This document shows, piece by piece, positions 10,054 through 18,445 of a DNA stretch of 64,000 bases (positions are counted from its first letter, which is position 1; each line of letters begins with the position of its first letter). Where the stretch lies: the NCBI GenBank assembly GCA_013286365.1, contig JABDFY010000003.1, positions 15,109 to 79,108 of the forward strand. The letters are read 5' to 3'. Source of the DNA: Alphaproteobacteria bacterium (lineage in GTDB: Bacteria > Pseudomonadota > Alphaproteobacteria > UBA9219). The translations under genes and the position numbers were made by a program. The notes below the pieces were generated by a model. It searched no databases, had not been told where the DNA came from, and worked only from the letters and a program-made list of their open reading frames with translations.

Positions 10054-11928
10054 ATGATCAAAACTGGATTGTTTATCCTTCTGTGTGCTGGTCTTCTGGC
10101 TGTGATCTCTGCAGTTGGTACGGTACAATTACCATTTGATGGTTCAATTTATAAACAAGACATATCTGAGGTACTTAGCCAAGAGTTGGGGCATACAGCT
10201 ACAATAGACGGGCCGCTAAAACTCCAGGCCTCACTGAACCATGGCCTGGAACTCACTCTCAGTGATGTGAGTATTATCAATCCCATTTGGGCGCGACAGA
10301 AAAAAATGGCATCGATCGGCCAGGTGCAGCTTGGGATTAGGTTGCTGCCGCTGATGCAACAAAAGCTTGCTATCAAATCATTGACGATCGATCGGGCTGA
10401 TATCGATCTTGAAAAAGGTCAAGGGAACGATAGGAACTATGCTCCGCCGCGCCGAGAGCTCATTGAAAGTGGATCCGTTAAGGCCCAAGTCCAGGATTTT
10501 GAGATCATCAATAGTCGTGCCGTTTTAGTGGATAGGGATGGGGTGATAGCAAAAGTCTACATTGATGCCTTTTCTTTTGGCCCAACCCTCAATCGAACGC
10601 GGTTGCATTTTATTGGCAGATATAACGATATTCCGATTAAATTAAATCTAGCAGGCGGTGTATTAGCTCATTTCTTACAAAACAACTGGCCATTTGTGGC
10701 TGACGTGCTTTATGGCAACTATCGCTTTCAGGCAGAAGGCCTGATAAGTGAAAACATTAAGCACGCAGACATTCGACAATATTTGCTGATCAAAGGAACG
10801 ACGCAAATACACGGTAAAATGGAAATTATGTGGGATGGCCTAAGGCCTTTTTTGCGTGGCACAGTCGTTAGTGATCGGTTGGATCCAGCGGATTTTGATT
10901 TTATCGGTCCGTTCTTGGATCAAAAAAATAATCATATACAAGAGGGTTATCAATTTAACACGAAGCCATTTGATCTTCGCCTATTAAAAATTGCTGACGC
11001 TAAGCTGGGCATAGCTATCGATGCTTTGCCGATCAATCGAATACTTTTAACTCAGATAACGGCAACGTTAGGTTTAAGCGATGGTGAGTTACTGCTGGCG
11101 CCAGTAAGAAGCGTATTGGCAAAGAGCACGGTCGACAGCCAGTTTATGCTCAATGCGGCGTCCGTTCCAACCGAAGCCGCCCTTATTTTTTATGCCCCTG
11201 ACTTAGATTTATCTGAACTACTACCCTTGGGGGGTGCAGAAATATTTCTGGCTGGTAAAAGCGATATCAATGTATCTTTGTCCTCTTTCGGTAATAGTCT
11301 CCACGAACTTGCCGGCAATGCGAAAGGGCAAATTAATTTAATTGCTGCTGGTGGTATGATTACGGATGACATACAGGATCGTATAGCTTCGACGCTGACC
11401 GATATCCTCACAGCAGGAACGGGTGGTAGCGTTCATTCTAATATGAAATGTCTTGTGACTCATTTTGACGTTGCTAAAGGTATTGCAGTTTCAAACAAGC
11501 TGTTTGTTGACACGGGTGTTATGATGATGACTGGGCACGGCGGATTTAACATGCACAACGAAACAATCGATATATTTTTGCAGGCAAAAACCGACGGTAG
11601 CGTTGATGTCGGGGGTCTATTGCCAAGAATGCATATTGGCGGCGGTCTATTTAGCCCCACACTTTCACCTGACACATCGGCTATTGTACCAAATATCTCA
11701 AATATTATTGCTAATCCAGTTGGCGAAATTGCAGAAAATAATACGAGTGTCTCACAAGACACCGTACTTGATGTCGACCAAAAATTTTGCGCTGATATTT
11801 TGGATCGTCAAAGCCCGCTGCTTTCAGGGGTAGATGATCAAGGTGGCCTGGTACAGAAATGGGCCGCCCAAATTCGCGATCAACTTAAGGCGTTCACCGG
11901 CAAGTATTTAGGCGCAAACAATCAGTAG
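10054..11928 (+). CDS. AsmA-family protein (paralog 2, tandem to 8090-10042)
   Basis: Collinear similarity to the upstream gene at both ends: FDGSIYKQDISEVLSQELG vs FDVNAYRADIANVLSKQFN, and KCLVTHFDVAKGIA vs NCLVVRFDVKDGIA. First ATG at 10054; the track uses TTG 10048. Confidence 0.75.
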   Translation: MIKTGLFILLCAGLLAVISAVGTVQLPFDGSIYKQDISEVLSQELGHTATIDGPLKLQASLNHGLELTLSDVSIINPIWARQKKMASIGQVQLGIRLLPLMQQKLAIKSLTIDRADIDLEKGQGNDRNYAPPRRELIESGSVKAQVQDFEIINSRAVLVDRDGVIAKVYIDAFSFGPTLNRTRLHFIGRYNDIPIKLNLAGGVLAHFLQNNWPFVADVLYGNYRFQAEGLISENIKHADIRQYLLIKGTTQIHGKMEIMWDGLRPFLRGTVVSDRLDPADFDFIGPFLDQKNNHIQEGYQFNTKPFDLRLLKIADAKLGIAIDALPINRILLTQITATLGLSDGELLLAPVRSVLAKSTVDSQFMLNAASVPTEAALIFYAPDLDLSELLPLGGAEIFLAGKSDINVSLSSFGNSLHELAGNAKGQINLIAAGGMITDDIQDRIASTLTDILTAGTGGSVHSNMKCLVTHFDVAKGIAVSNKLFVDTGVMMMTGHGGFNMHNETIDIFLQAKTDGSVDVGGLLPRMHIGGGLFSPTLSPDTSAIVPNISNIIANPVGEIAENNTSVSQDTVLDVDQKFCADILDRQSPLLSGVDDQGGLVQKWAAQIRDQLKAFTGKYLGANNQ

Positions 11929-11929
11929 T

Positions 11930-12631
11930 ATGGCGATCTCAACGCATCCGACGCGGTCTTATAACGTGGCAAAGGTAGCCGCAGGTTTTGCTGTCTATTG
12001 CGATGGAGATCTTGTCCATACGCCAGCCGGCGTCGATCTGGTCGCGCCTACGCTTAGTCTAGCGGAGGCGCTTGCTTTAGAATGGGGTGCACAGGGAAAA
12101 AAGATTAATCCATCATTGATGCCCTTGATGCAATTTGTAGCTACGGCGCTCGATCTTGTTCCAAGAGATCGCGATCAAATTATCGCGCGGACCCTGCGTT
12201 ATACGCAAACTGAACTGTTATGCTATCGCGCGAGTTATCCTGAAGAGCTTTTACGTCGGCAAGAAGCGCTTTGGCAACCTTGGCTCAATTGGTGCGCGTC
12301 GCAATTTGGTGCATTTCTTAAATCCGGTACGGGGGTTGTCGTTATTGATCAAGAGCTATCGGCGGTGAGTACTTTGGCGCGTGCCGTTTCAGCCTACGAT
12401 GATTTTTCTCTTGTTGGCCTCAGCCATGCGGTTGAGATGAGCGGTTCCTTGGTTCTAGGGCTTGCGCTCGCTCATAAGCGTCTTTCCGCGGCAGAAGTTC
12501 ATCAGTTGGCACAGTTAGATGAAAACTACCAACTTGAGATGTGGGGTGAAGACCCAGCACTTCGCAAACGCCAAGACGAAATTCTGCGAGACTTGGCTGC
12601 CTGCGAACGTTGGTTTAGTCTCTTGACTTAG
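11930..12631 (+). CDS. ATP12-family F1-ATPase assembly chaperone
   Basis: 233 aa with ATP12-like blocks LAEALALEWGAQGKKINPSLMPLMQFVATALD and LLCYRASYPEELLRRQEALWQPWLNW. Confidence 0.72.
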   Translation: MAISTHPTRSYNVAKVAAGFAVYCDGDLVHTPAGVDLVAPTLSLAEALALEWGAQGKKINPSLMPLMQFVATALDLVPRDRDQIIARTLRYTQTELLCYRASYPEELLRRQEALWQPWLNWCASQFGAFLKSGTGVVVIDQELSAVSTLARAVSAYDDFSLVGLSHAVEMSGSLVLGLALAHKRLSAAEVHQLAQLDENYQLEMWGEDPALRKRQDEILRDLAACERWFSLLT

Positions 12632-12638
12632 CTTGAGA

Positions 12639-13412
12639 TCATTGGGCGAAGTCGTCGTACTTCGGCATACCTTCCGAGCTACTCGTGCCCAGTTGCTTAT
12701 CGCGGTATTGGCGATAGACACTGCGCATCTGAGCGTAGAAGTCGAGTGAACCAGTACGCAGAGCATCGAGAGCTTCGATATTCTGCTCACGCTTGATAAT
12801 GCCATCGGCGCTGAAGTAGGCAAGATCAAAGCGGTTCTCGGTCCCAGGTCCACGCAAGCCAGCAAGGTACTGCCATGGCGACATCAAAGCATCAACACCT
12901 ATACCGATAGCATCGCGGATATTGGAGGGCCCTAATAACGGCAGAACAAGATAAGGGCCTTCGCCGACACCCCAGACATAAAGGGTTTGACCAAAGTCAC
13001 CGGTTTGTTGATAGAGCTTAAGATCATTGGCAAAATCAAACATGCCACCGATACCAGCTGTCGTGTTTATAGCAAATCGACCAAAGGTTGTGGTCGCTTT
13101 GTCAGGATCAGCCTGCAACAGGTCGTTGGCGAATATCACAGGTTCGCGCATGTTGCTGACTATGCCAGCTACGCGGTCACGAAGGGGCGGCGGTACCGTC
13201 CAACGATAAAGTTCTGCCACCGGACGGAACAAGAGGCGATCAAGGAAATCATTGAAGTCAAAAATTGTGCGGTTCATCGGTTCAAACGGGTCGTTTGTCG
13301 CGTCATACTCCGCACGCCCTTCTTGCGTTTCGGGAATTGATGCGCACGCCGAAACTGAAAGGGCGGCGAACAATATAAGCGCAGCGAACTTACGAGAACC
13401 TGAGTTGGTCAT
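12639..13412 (-). CDS. mlaA: MlaA/VacJ-family outer-membrane lipoprotein
   Basis: Lipobox LSVSAC after a hydrophobic leader. MlaA core FEPMNRTIFDFNDFLDRLLFRPVAELYRW...MREPVIFANDLLQ. Start chosen at ATG 13412 (MTNSGSRKFAAL...); the track ORF extends to 13454. Confidence 0.85.
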   Translation of the reverse strand: MTNSGSRKFAALILFAALSVSACASIPETQEGRAEYDATNDPFEPMNRTIFDFNDFLDRLLFRPVAELYRWTVPPPLRDRVAGIVSNMREPVIFANDLLQADPDKATTTFGRFAINTTAGIGGMFDFANDLKLYQQTGDFGQTLYVWGVGEGPYLVLPLLGPSNIRDAIGIGVDALMSPWQYLAGLRGPGTENRFDLAYFSADGIIKREQNIEALDALRTGSLDFYAQMRSVYRQYRDKQLGTSSSEGMPKYDDFAQ

Positions 13413-13466
13413 TCGAGGGAACCTTTGATTGGGGAACAAGGAAGGATTAATCATGAATCGGTCAAT

Positions 13467-16070
13467 TTAATGTTTATCGGTATTAGGCGGTCCTAGCAAG
13501 ACTGGAAGAACAAAAAATGTACAGATTAGGGAGTATACCAGAGAAATCGTTAATAATTCCCCCATACTACGCATGCCCAGATGGGAGGATAATGATAAAC
13601 TGCCAAAGGCTACGAGGGCGGTGGCCGCACTAAACAGAACGGCTCGAGCGACGCTGGACTGCAATAAATTCTCCATTCCCGCATGCCAAGCACTTATAAA
13701 GTATATCGCATAAGATACGCCAAGGCTTAAAAGTAGCGGAAGGGCTATGATATTCGCAAAATTGAGCGACAGCCCAATAACTACAATTGTCGCTAAAGTT
13801 AAGACTCCAGCAAGAATCAGCGGCGCTATAAGCAGGATAACTTCACGCGGGCGCCTGAGTATTAAAAGTGCGAGCAGGGCAATAGCTAGCAAGGCATAAA
13901 TTCCAGCATGAATAAAAGCAGCCGTAATCGTTTTGCCAGACTCGCGTATCGATATAGGTGAACCACTGGCATCAGGAGCCACTTTTCGAACGGCATCCGT
14001 GAAAGCCACAAGTGTTTTATGATCGCGCGGATTGCCTTTGGGATAGACTTCAATGAGCGCTTGGCCATCAGGCGAAATCCAATCGCCGCGTAAATCCTCG
14101 CTTATCGTATCGGCTTTGATGGGCTCTGCCGTCAGGCTCTGTCGCAGGGCTGAAAGACGCGTTTGCATGCCACTAATGAGATCGTTTTGTAGGTGTTGAA
14201 GCAGAGCAGGGTCTTTACGCTCGACGACTTGATCGAGCGCTTTGGCCAGCATTTCAGCAGACGGATGTTGTGTGCCGATTTGATGTAAGCTTGCAGCTAC
14301 ATTGCGTAAACTGTCGAGGTTTTCATCCATCGTTGGCGGTGCTTGAGTTGTAGGCGGCGAAAGCGTTGGCCCTAAAAGTTGGTTAGCATCGTTGATTATA
14401 CCAAGCTTCTGCTCCTGTTGGTCGGGCACGAAGCTATTCAGGGTCATGGTATGGTCGACTTCAGGCAGTTCTTGGATTTTATCGGCGAGCTGTTGTGCGC
14501 TTTCGAGGGATGAAGACAAAATCTGTATTGTATAAGGACTGCCATTAGGGTCCTTCATTAAATCAAACAATGTCGATACGGACTCAGTGTGCGGATCTTT
14601 GAGGCTGAGGGGATCAAAATCAAAACGCAGTTGTGTCGCAACCGTCACTGCACCAATTGTGGCGACGGCAATTATGGCCAGAAGTTTAAAACGATATTTG
14701 CTGAGAAATCTGTCGATAGGGGCTGCCCAGTGAAAGCCAATGTCATCGGGTTCTGCCGGTGGCCTTGCCAGAGAAAGAAGAGCCGGTAAAAGGGTTATAT
14801 TGAGAAAAAAAGCAATTAGCATGCCCGCACCAGCAATTAAGCCAAGCTCAGCTACACCGCGGTAGTCGGTTGGCATAAAGGCTAAAAATCCGATACTTGT
14901 TGACGCGGCTGCCATTAAGAGAGGAAGCGCAATAATTTCAGCGGTGCGTACCATCGCCTTATCGTGATCAGGCTCTTGATGATGCTGATCACGATAACGT
15001 ACGCCAAACTGAATGCCAAAATCGACAGCTATGCCGACAAACATGACAGCAAACGCAACTGAAATAAGGTTAAGCGAACCGACAGTGACGAGAGCAAAAG
15101 CGGTTGTGATCGTTAGACCTGCGCCCAGCGTCAATAATATAGGAATGATGATACGAAATGATCGTAGCGCCATAAACAGAATAACAAATACTAAGATAAT
15201 AGAAAGAATTGTCGCCTGACTAGTCCCTTGAGCTACGCTACCAAATTCTTCGTCGTTAAGGGCAACCGAGCCGGTAAGGCGAATGCGAATACCGTGCTCG
15301 GGCGTAAGATTTAAATTTTTTGCCTCATCCCTTATTATCTTGCTCGCGTCTTCGCCAGGCTCGAGCGCGGTATAATTAAGCACTGGTTGTGTAATTATAA
15401 ATTTTCGTAAGTCACCTTGGGGTGCGGTTTGCCCTGCCATCATGCTTTGCCAGCCAAGCGGCTTATCTTTTCCGGCTAGAGCCGAGAAAATGGTGTCAGC
15501 CACCTTTGTTATAGGTTGATCGAGGGTGACATAATCGGCTTGCCCTTGTTGCACACCTTGCAAAATTAAGCTGAGCGTTGAAAAGAGTCCGCGTAATGAG
15601 GGATCGCTTGCCAGCGTGCCAAGCAACGGTTGTGCTTGCACGATGTTGTTGAGAACGGCCGTTAGCTCATCCGTAGAGAGATATAGCAGTCCATTTTTTT
15701 CAAAAAACGGAATGGAATCTGGCCGGGTTACTAAATGGAATTGCGCTGGCATTGCGGCGAGCTTGCCGGCGAGTGTGGCGGCGGCGTCTTCGGCGTCGTC
15801 GGGCGTGTCGCCATCGATGACAACGATTAATAAATCGTTCCGGCGAGGAAAAGCTTTTTCAATCGCCATTTCGCGTTGCCGCCAAATCAAATCGGCAGAC
15901 AACAACTGATTGATGTTCGTATTAATTTTGATATGTCCCACGACATACCAACCGAGCGCCAGGCTAGAGACCAGGGCAACGACGACAACGGCCAACGCAT
16001 AGCGTCGGCTCATATCAACAAGTTGGACGATAAAGCGAATAGGCAAGACGAACTCCAAATCGTGAAGCAA
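13467..16070 (-). CDS. MMPL/RND-superfamily transporter, HpnN-like (hopanoid/lipid exporter family)
   Basis: 867 aa with two blocks of about 6 TM helices separated by large periplasmic loops. The N-terminus INTNINQLLSADLIWRQREMAIEKAFPRRND resembles the HpnN family as I recall it. Start (TTG 16070 or downstream) uncertain. Confidence 0.7.
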   Translation of the reverse strand: MLHDLEFVLPIRFIVQLVDMSRRYALAVVVVALVSSLALGWYVVGHIKINTNINQLLSADLIWRQREMAIEKAFPRRNDLLIVVIDGDTPDDAEDAAATLAGKLAAMPAQFHLVTRPDSIPFFEKNGLLYLSTDELTAVLNNIVQAQPLLGTLASDPSLRGLFSTLSLILQGVQQGQADYVTLDQPITKVADTIFSALAGKDKPLGWQSMMAGQTAPQGDLRKFIITQPVLNYTALEPGEDASKIIRDEAKNLNLTPEHGIRIRLTGSVALNDEEFGSVAQGTSQATILSIILVFVILFMALRSFRIIIPILLTLGAGLTITTAFALVTVGSLNLISVAFAVMFVGIAVDFGIQFGVRYRDQHHQEPDHDKAMVRTAEIIALPLLMAAASTSIGFLAFMPTDYRGVAELGLIAGAGMLIAFFLNITLLPALLSLARPPAEPDDIGFHWAAPIDRFLSKYRFKLLAIIAVATIGAVTVATQLRFDFDPLSLKDPHTESVSTLFDLMKDPNGSPYTIQILSSSLESAQQLADKIQELPEVDHTMTLNSFVPDQQEQKLGIINDANQLLGPTLSPPTTQAPPTMDENLDSLRNVAASLHQIGTQHPSAEMLAKALDQVVERKDPALLQHLQNDLISGMQTRLSALRQSLTAEPIKADTISEDLRGDWISPDGQALIEVYPKGNPRDHKTLVAFTDAVRKVAPDASGSPISIRESGKTITAAFIHAGIYALLAIALLALLILRRPREVILLIAPLILAGVLTLATIVVIGLSLNFANIIALPLLLSLGVSYAIYFISAWHAGMENLLQSSVARAVLFSAATALVAFGSLSLSSHLGMRSMGELLTISLVYSLICTFFVLPVLLGPPNTDKH

Positions 16071-16171
16071 GGTGCCACGAACAGCAGCGCAACTTAAGGC
16101 AAATGAATAAGTTTTTCCAGTTTAATGGATGCCGAGGACTGCACATTTTCTAGGCTGAAGAGTACAAAAAT

Positions 16172-16675
16172 TCACTCTTCCTTTTTGGGAGGGGTACCAT
16201 TTTTATCGTCGATAGGCACGCCCGGCTCGTATTTAGTGCGGCGTACGGCTGGTGCCGATTTGACATGACTAACATTAGGGGCGGCGGCAAGCTGTGTGGT
16301 GAGGAATCTTTGAAATCCCTCCCAATCTTCAGCTACAATCTTGATCATGAAGTCTGCATCGCCCGTCATCATGTAGCACTCGCGGATTTGTGGCCACGAT
16401 TCAGCCAGTTTAGCAAACGCCAACAGATCGGATTCGGCGTGATTAGCAAGAGAAACCTGGGTAAAGACGGTTATACCATAGCCGAGTTTTTCCGAAGCTA
16501 CGTCTGCATGATAGCCGCGAATATAACCGGCTTCTTCGAGAGCCCGAACGCGGCGCAAGCAAGGTGGCGCAGAGATACCAACAAGCTTGGCGAGATCAAC
16601 GTTAGTGATCCTACCGTCCTTTTGTAGTTCGCGAAGAATTCGTAAGTCGATCCGGTCAAGTTTGACGTGCTTCAT
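16172..16675 (-). CDS. lrp: Lrp/AsnC-family transcriptional regulator
   Basis: 167 aa. HTH LDRIDLRILRELQKDGRITNVDLAKLVGISAPPCLRRVRALEEAGYI followed by a RAM-type ligand domain. Confidence 0.9.
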   Translation of the reverse strand: MKHVKLDRIDLRILRELQKDGRITNVDLAKLVGISAPPCLRRVRALEEAGYIRGYHADVASEKLGYGITVFTQVSLANHAESDLLAFAKLAESWPQIRECYMMTGDADFMIKIVAEDWEGFQRFLTTQLAAAPNVSHVKSAPAVRRTKYEPGVPIDDKNGTPPKKEE

Positions 16676-16726
16676 GTCTATCTCTATTCAATGCTCTGTT
16701 AGGTTAAAGTGGGGATACTAGCTTAT

Positions 16727-17710
16727 ATGTCTTCAAAGAGCCAAGTGACATGCTGGGTTATCACGGACGGCAAGGCCGGAATGGAAAACCAGTGCCTAGG
16801 TTTAGCCGAGGCACTACACTTGTCACCAGTTATTAAGCGCATAGCTCTAAGGACACCATGGAAACAGTTTGTGCCTTTTTTAAGACACGGCTTGCGTTTC
16901 GCCTTCAGTCCGCAAGGTGACTTATTAACACCACCCTGGCCGGACCTGGTCATTGCGACCGGGCGAATCAGCATTCCAGCTGCGCTTTATGTGCGCCAAG
17001 CATCGCATAAAAACGGCATTAAGAGAGCGCTTACGGTGCAAATACAAAATCCTGTGATCGATCCGTTACGCTTCGATTGTGTGGTTGTGCCGCAACATGA
17101 CGGATTGTCTGGACCCAACGTCATAACCACGCGTGGTGCCCTTCATCGTGTGACACAGGAAAAACTACGCTCTGAAGCAGACAAACTTCTGCCAACTCTA
17201 TCACATCTTAAATCACCGCGTATTGCTGTGCTTATCGGCGGTAGCAGCGCAGTTTATCGATTGACCCCACATGAGATGGTGCCCTTGGCGGCTCAGCTCG
17301 CGGCGTTAGCTAAAACGACAGGCGGAAGTCTCTTGGTTACGCCTTCACGTAGAACTGGCGAGAACAACATAGCCATCCTTCGCCAAGCCTTGATCGGTGT
17401 ACCGAGTATCATTTGGGATGGCAAAGGTGAAAACCCTTATTACGGCATGCTTGGGCTTGCTGACTATATTCTCGTTACTTGTGATAGCGTAAATATGGTT
17501 TCCGAAGCTTGTACGACAGGTAAGCCGGTTTATGTGATAGACCTTCCTGGGGGCTCTGATAAATTTCGTAAGTTCCATCAAATTTTACGTGATAGTCATA
17601 TGACGCGGCCTTTTGCTGGAACGTTAGCCCCGTGGGACTATAAACCTCTCAATGACGTGGAATTCGTAGCTGAAAAAATAAGAGAGCTCATTGAAGCGCG
17701 AGCGCAATAG
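16727..17710 (+). CDS. ELM1 (mitochondrial-fission ELM1 / DUF1022) family protein, glycosyltransferase-like
   Basis: N-terminus CWVITDGKAGMENQCLGLAEAL is typical of the bacterial ELM1 family. First ATG at 16727; the track uses GTG 16709. Divergent from lrp. Confidence 0.68.
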   Translation: MSSKSQVTCWVITDGKAGMENQCLGLAEALHLSPVIKRIALRTPWKQFVPFLRHGLRFAFSPQGDLLTPPWPDLVIATGRISIPAALYVRQASHKNGIKRALTVQIQNPVIDPLRFDCVVVPQHDGLSGPNVITTRGALHRVTQEKLRSEADKLLPTLSHLKSPRIAVLIGGSSAVYRLTPHEMVPLAAQLAALAKTTGGSLLVTPSRRTGENNIAILRQALIGVPSIIWDGKGENPYYGMLGLADYILVTCDSVNMVSEACTTGKPVYVIDLPGGSDKFRKFHQILRDSHMTRPFAGTLAPWDYKPLNDVEFVAEKIRELIEARAQ

Positions 17711-17803
17711 ACAGACGAAATAAGCTATTTGCGCGTTAACATCCAGATTAAGACATCTAGATTTTTGCTTTAATCAAAATGATGATTGTTGTAGGATTTT
17801 ACT

Positions 17804-18433
17804 ATGTTTGGCGAGACCATCAATATCGATGCCTTGAAAGCGGCCCCTGTCATGCAGGAGCCCTTCCCGTATCTTGTCGTGCCAAGTTTTGTTCGCCAGG
17901 AAGCTATCGAAGCGATTGAAGCCGACTATCCGGTTGTTGATTTGCCAGGGAGTTTTCCTTTACCGACTTTGAAATACGGCAGGTCGTTTAAGCATCTTGT
18001 CGATGATATTACTGGTCCGGAGATGACAACAACTATTGCCGATAAGTTTGCAATCGATCTCAAAGGTCGTCCAACTATGATTACGGTACGAGGACAGAGT
18101 GCGGCACGCGACGGCCATATTCATACCGATAGCAAGACGAAATTAATCACCGTGCTCCTTTATATGAACGGCAAATGGGAAAAGCCAACGGGACGACTTC
18201 GCTTGTTACGTTCGCCGGATAATTTAAATGATATCATTACCGAAGTGCCACCTGATCAAGGAACGCTTCTAGTCTTTAAAAACCAGTCGAATGCTTGGCA
18301 TGGCCATGAACCCTATGAAGGGCAACGGCGTTCAATCCAGCTAAATTGGGTTACCGACAGGGGTGTTGTTTGGCGCGAGCAGTGGCGGCACCGTTTGAGC
18401 GCATTCTTTAAGCGTTCACGCCATCAGATGTAA
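17804..18433 (+). CDS. 2OG-Fe(II) oxygenase superfamily protein (prolyl-4-hydroxylase-like)
   Basis: 209 aa. HxD...H facial-triad candidates (HIHTDSK ... NAWHGHEP), an N-terminal PFPYLVVPSFV box and RLRLL...LLVF strands typical of the family. Confidence 0.75.
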   Translation: MFGETINIDALKAAPVMQEPFPYLVVPSFVRQEAIEAIEADYPVVDLPGSFPLPTLKYGRSFKHLVDDITGPEMTTTIADKFAIDLKGRPTMITVRGQSAARDGHIHTDSKTKLITVLLYMNGKWEKPTGRLRLLRSPDNLNDIITEVPPDQGTLLVFKNQSNAWHGHEPYEGQRRSIQLNWVTDRGVVWREQWRHRLSAFFKRSRHQM

Positions 18434-18445
18434 GGGTTATTGTAA

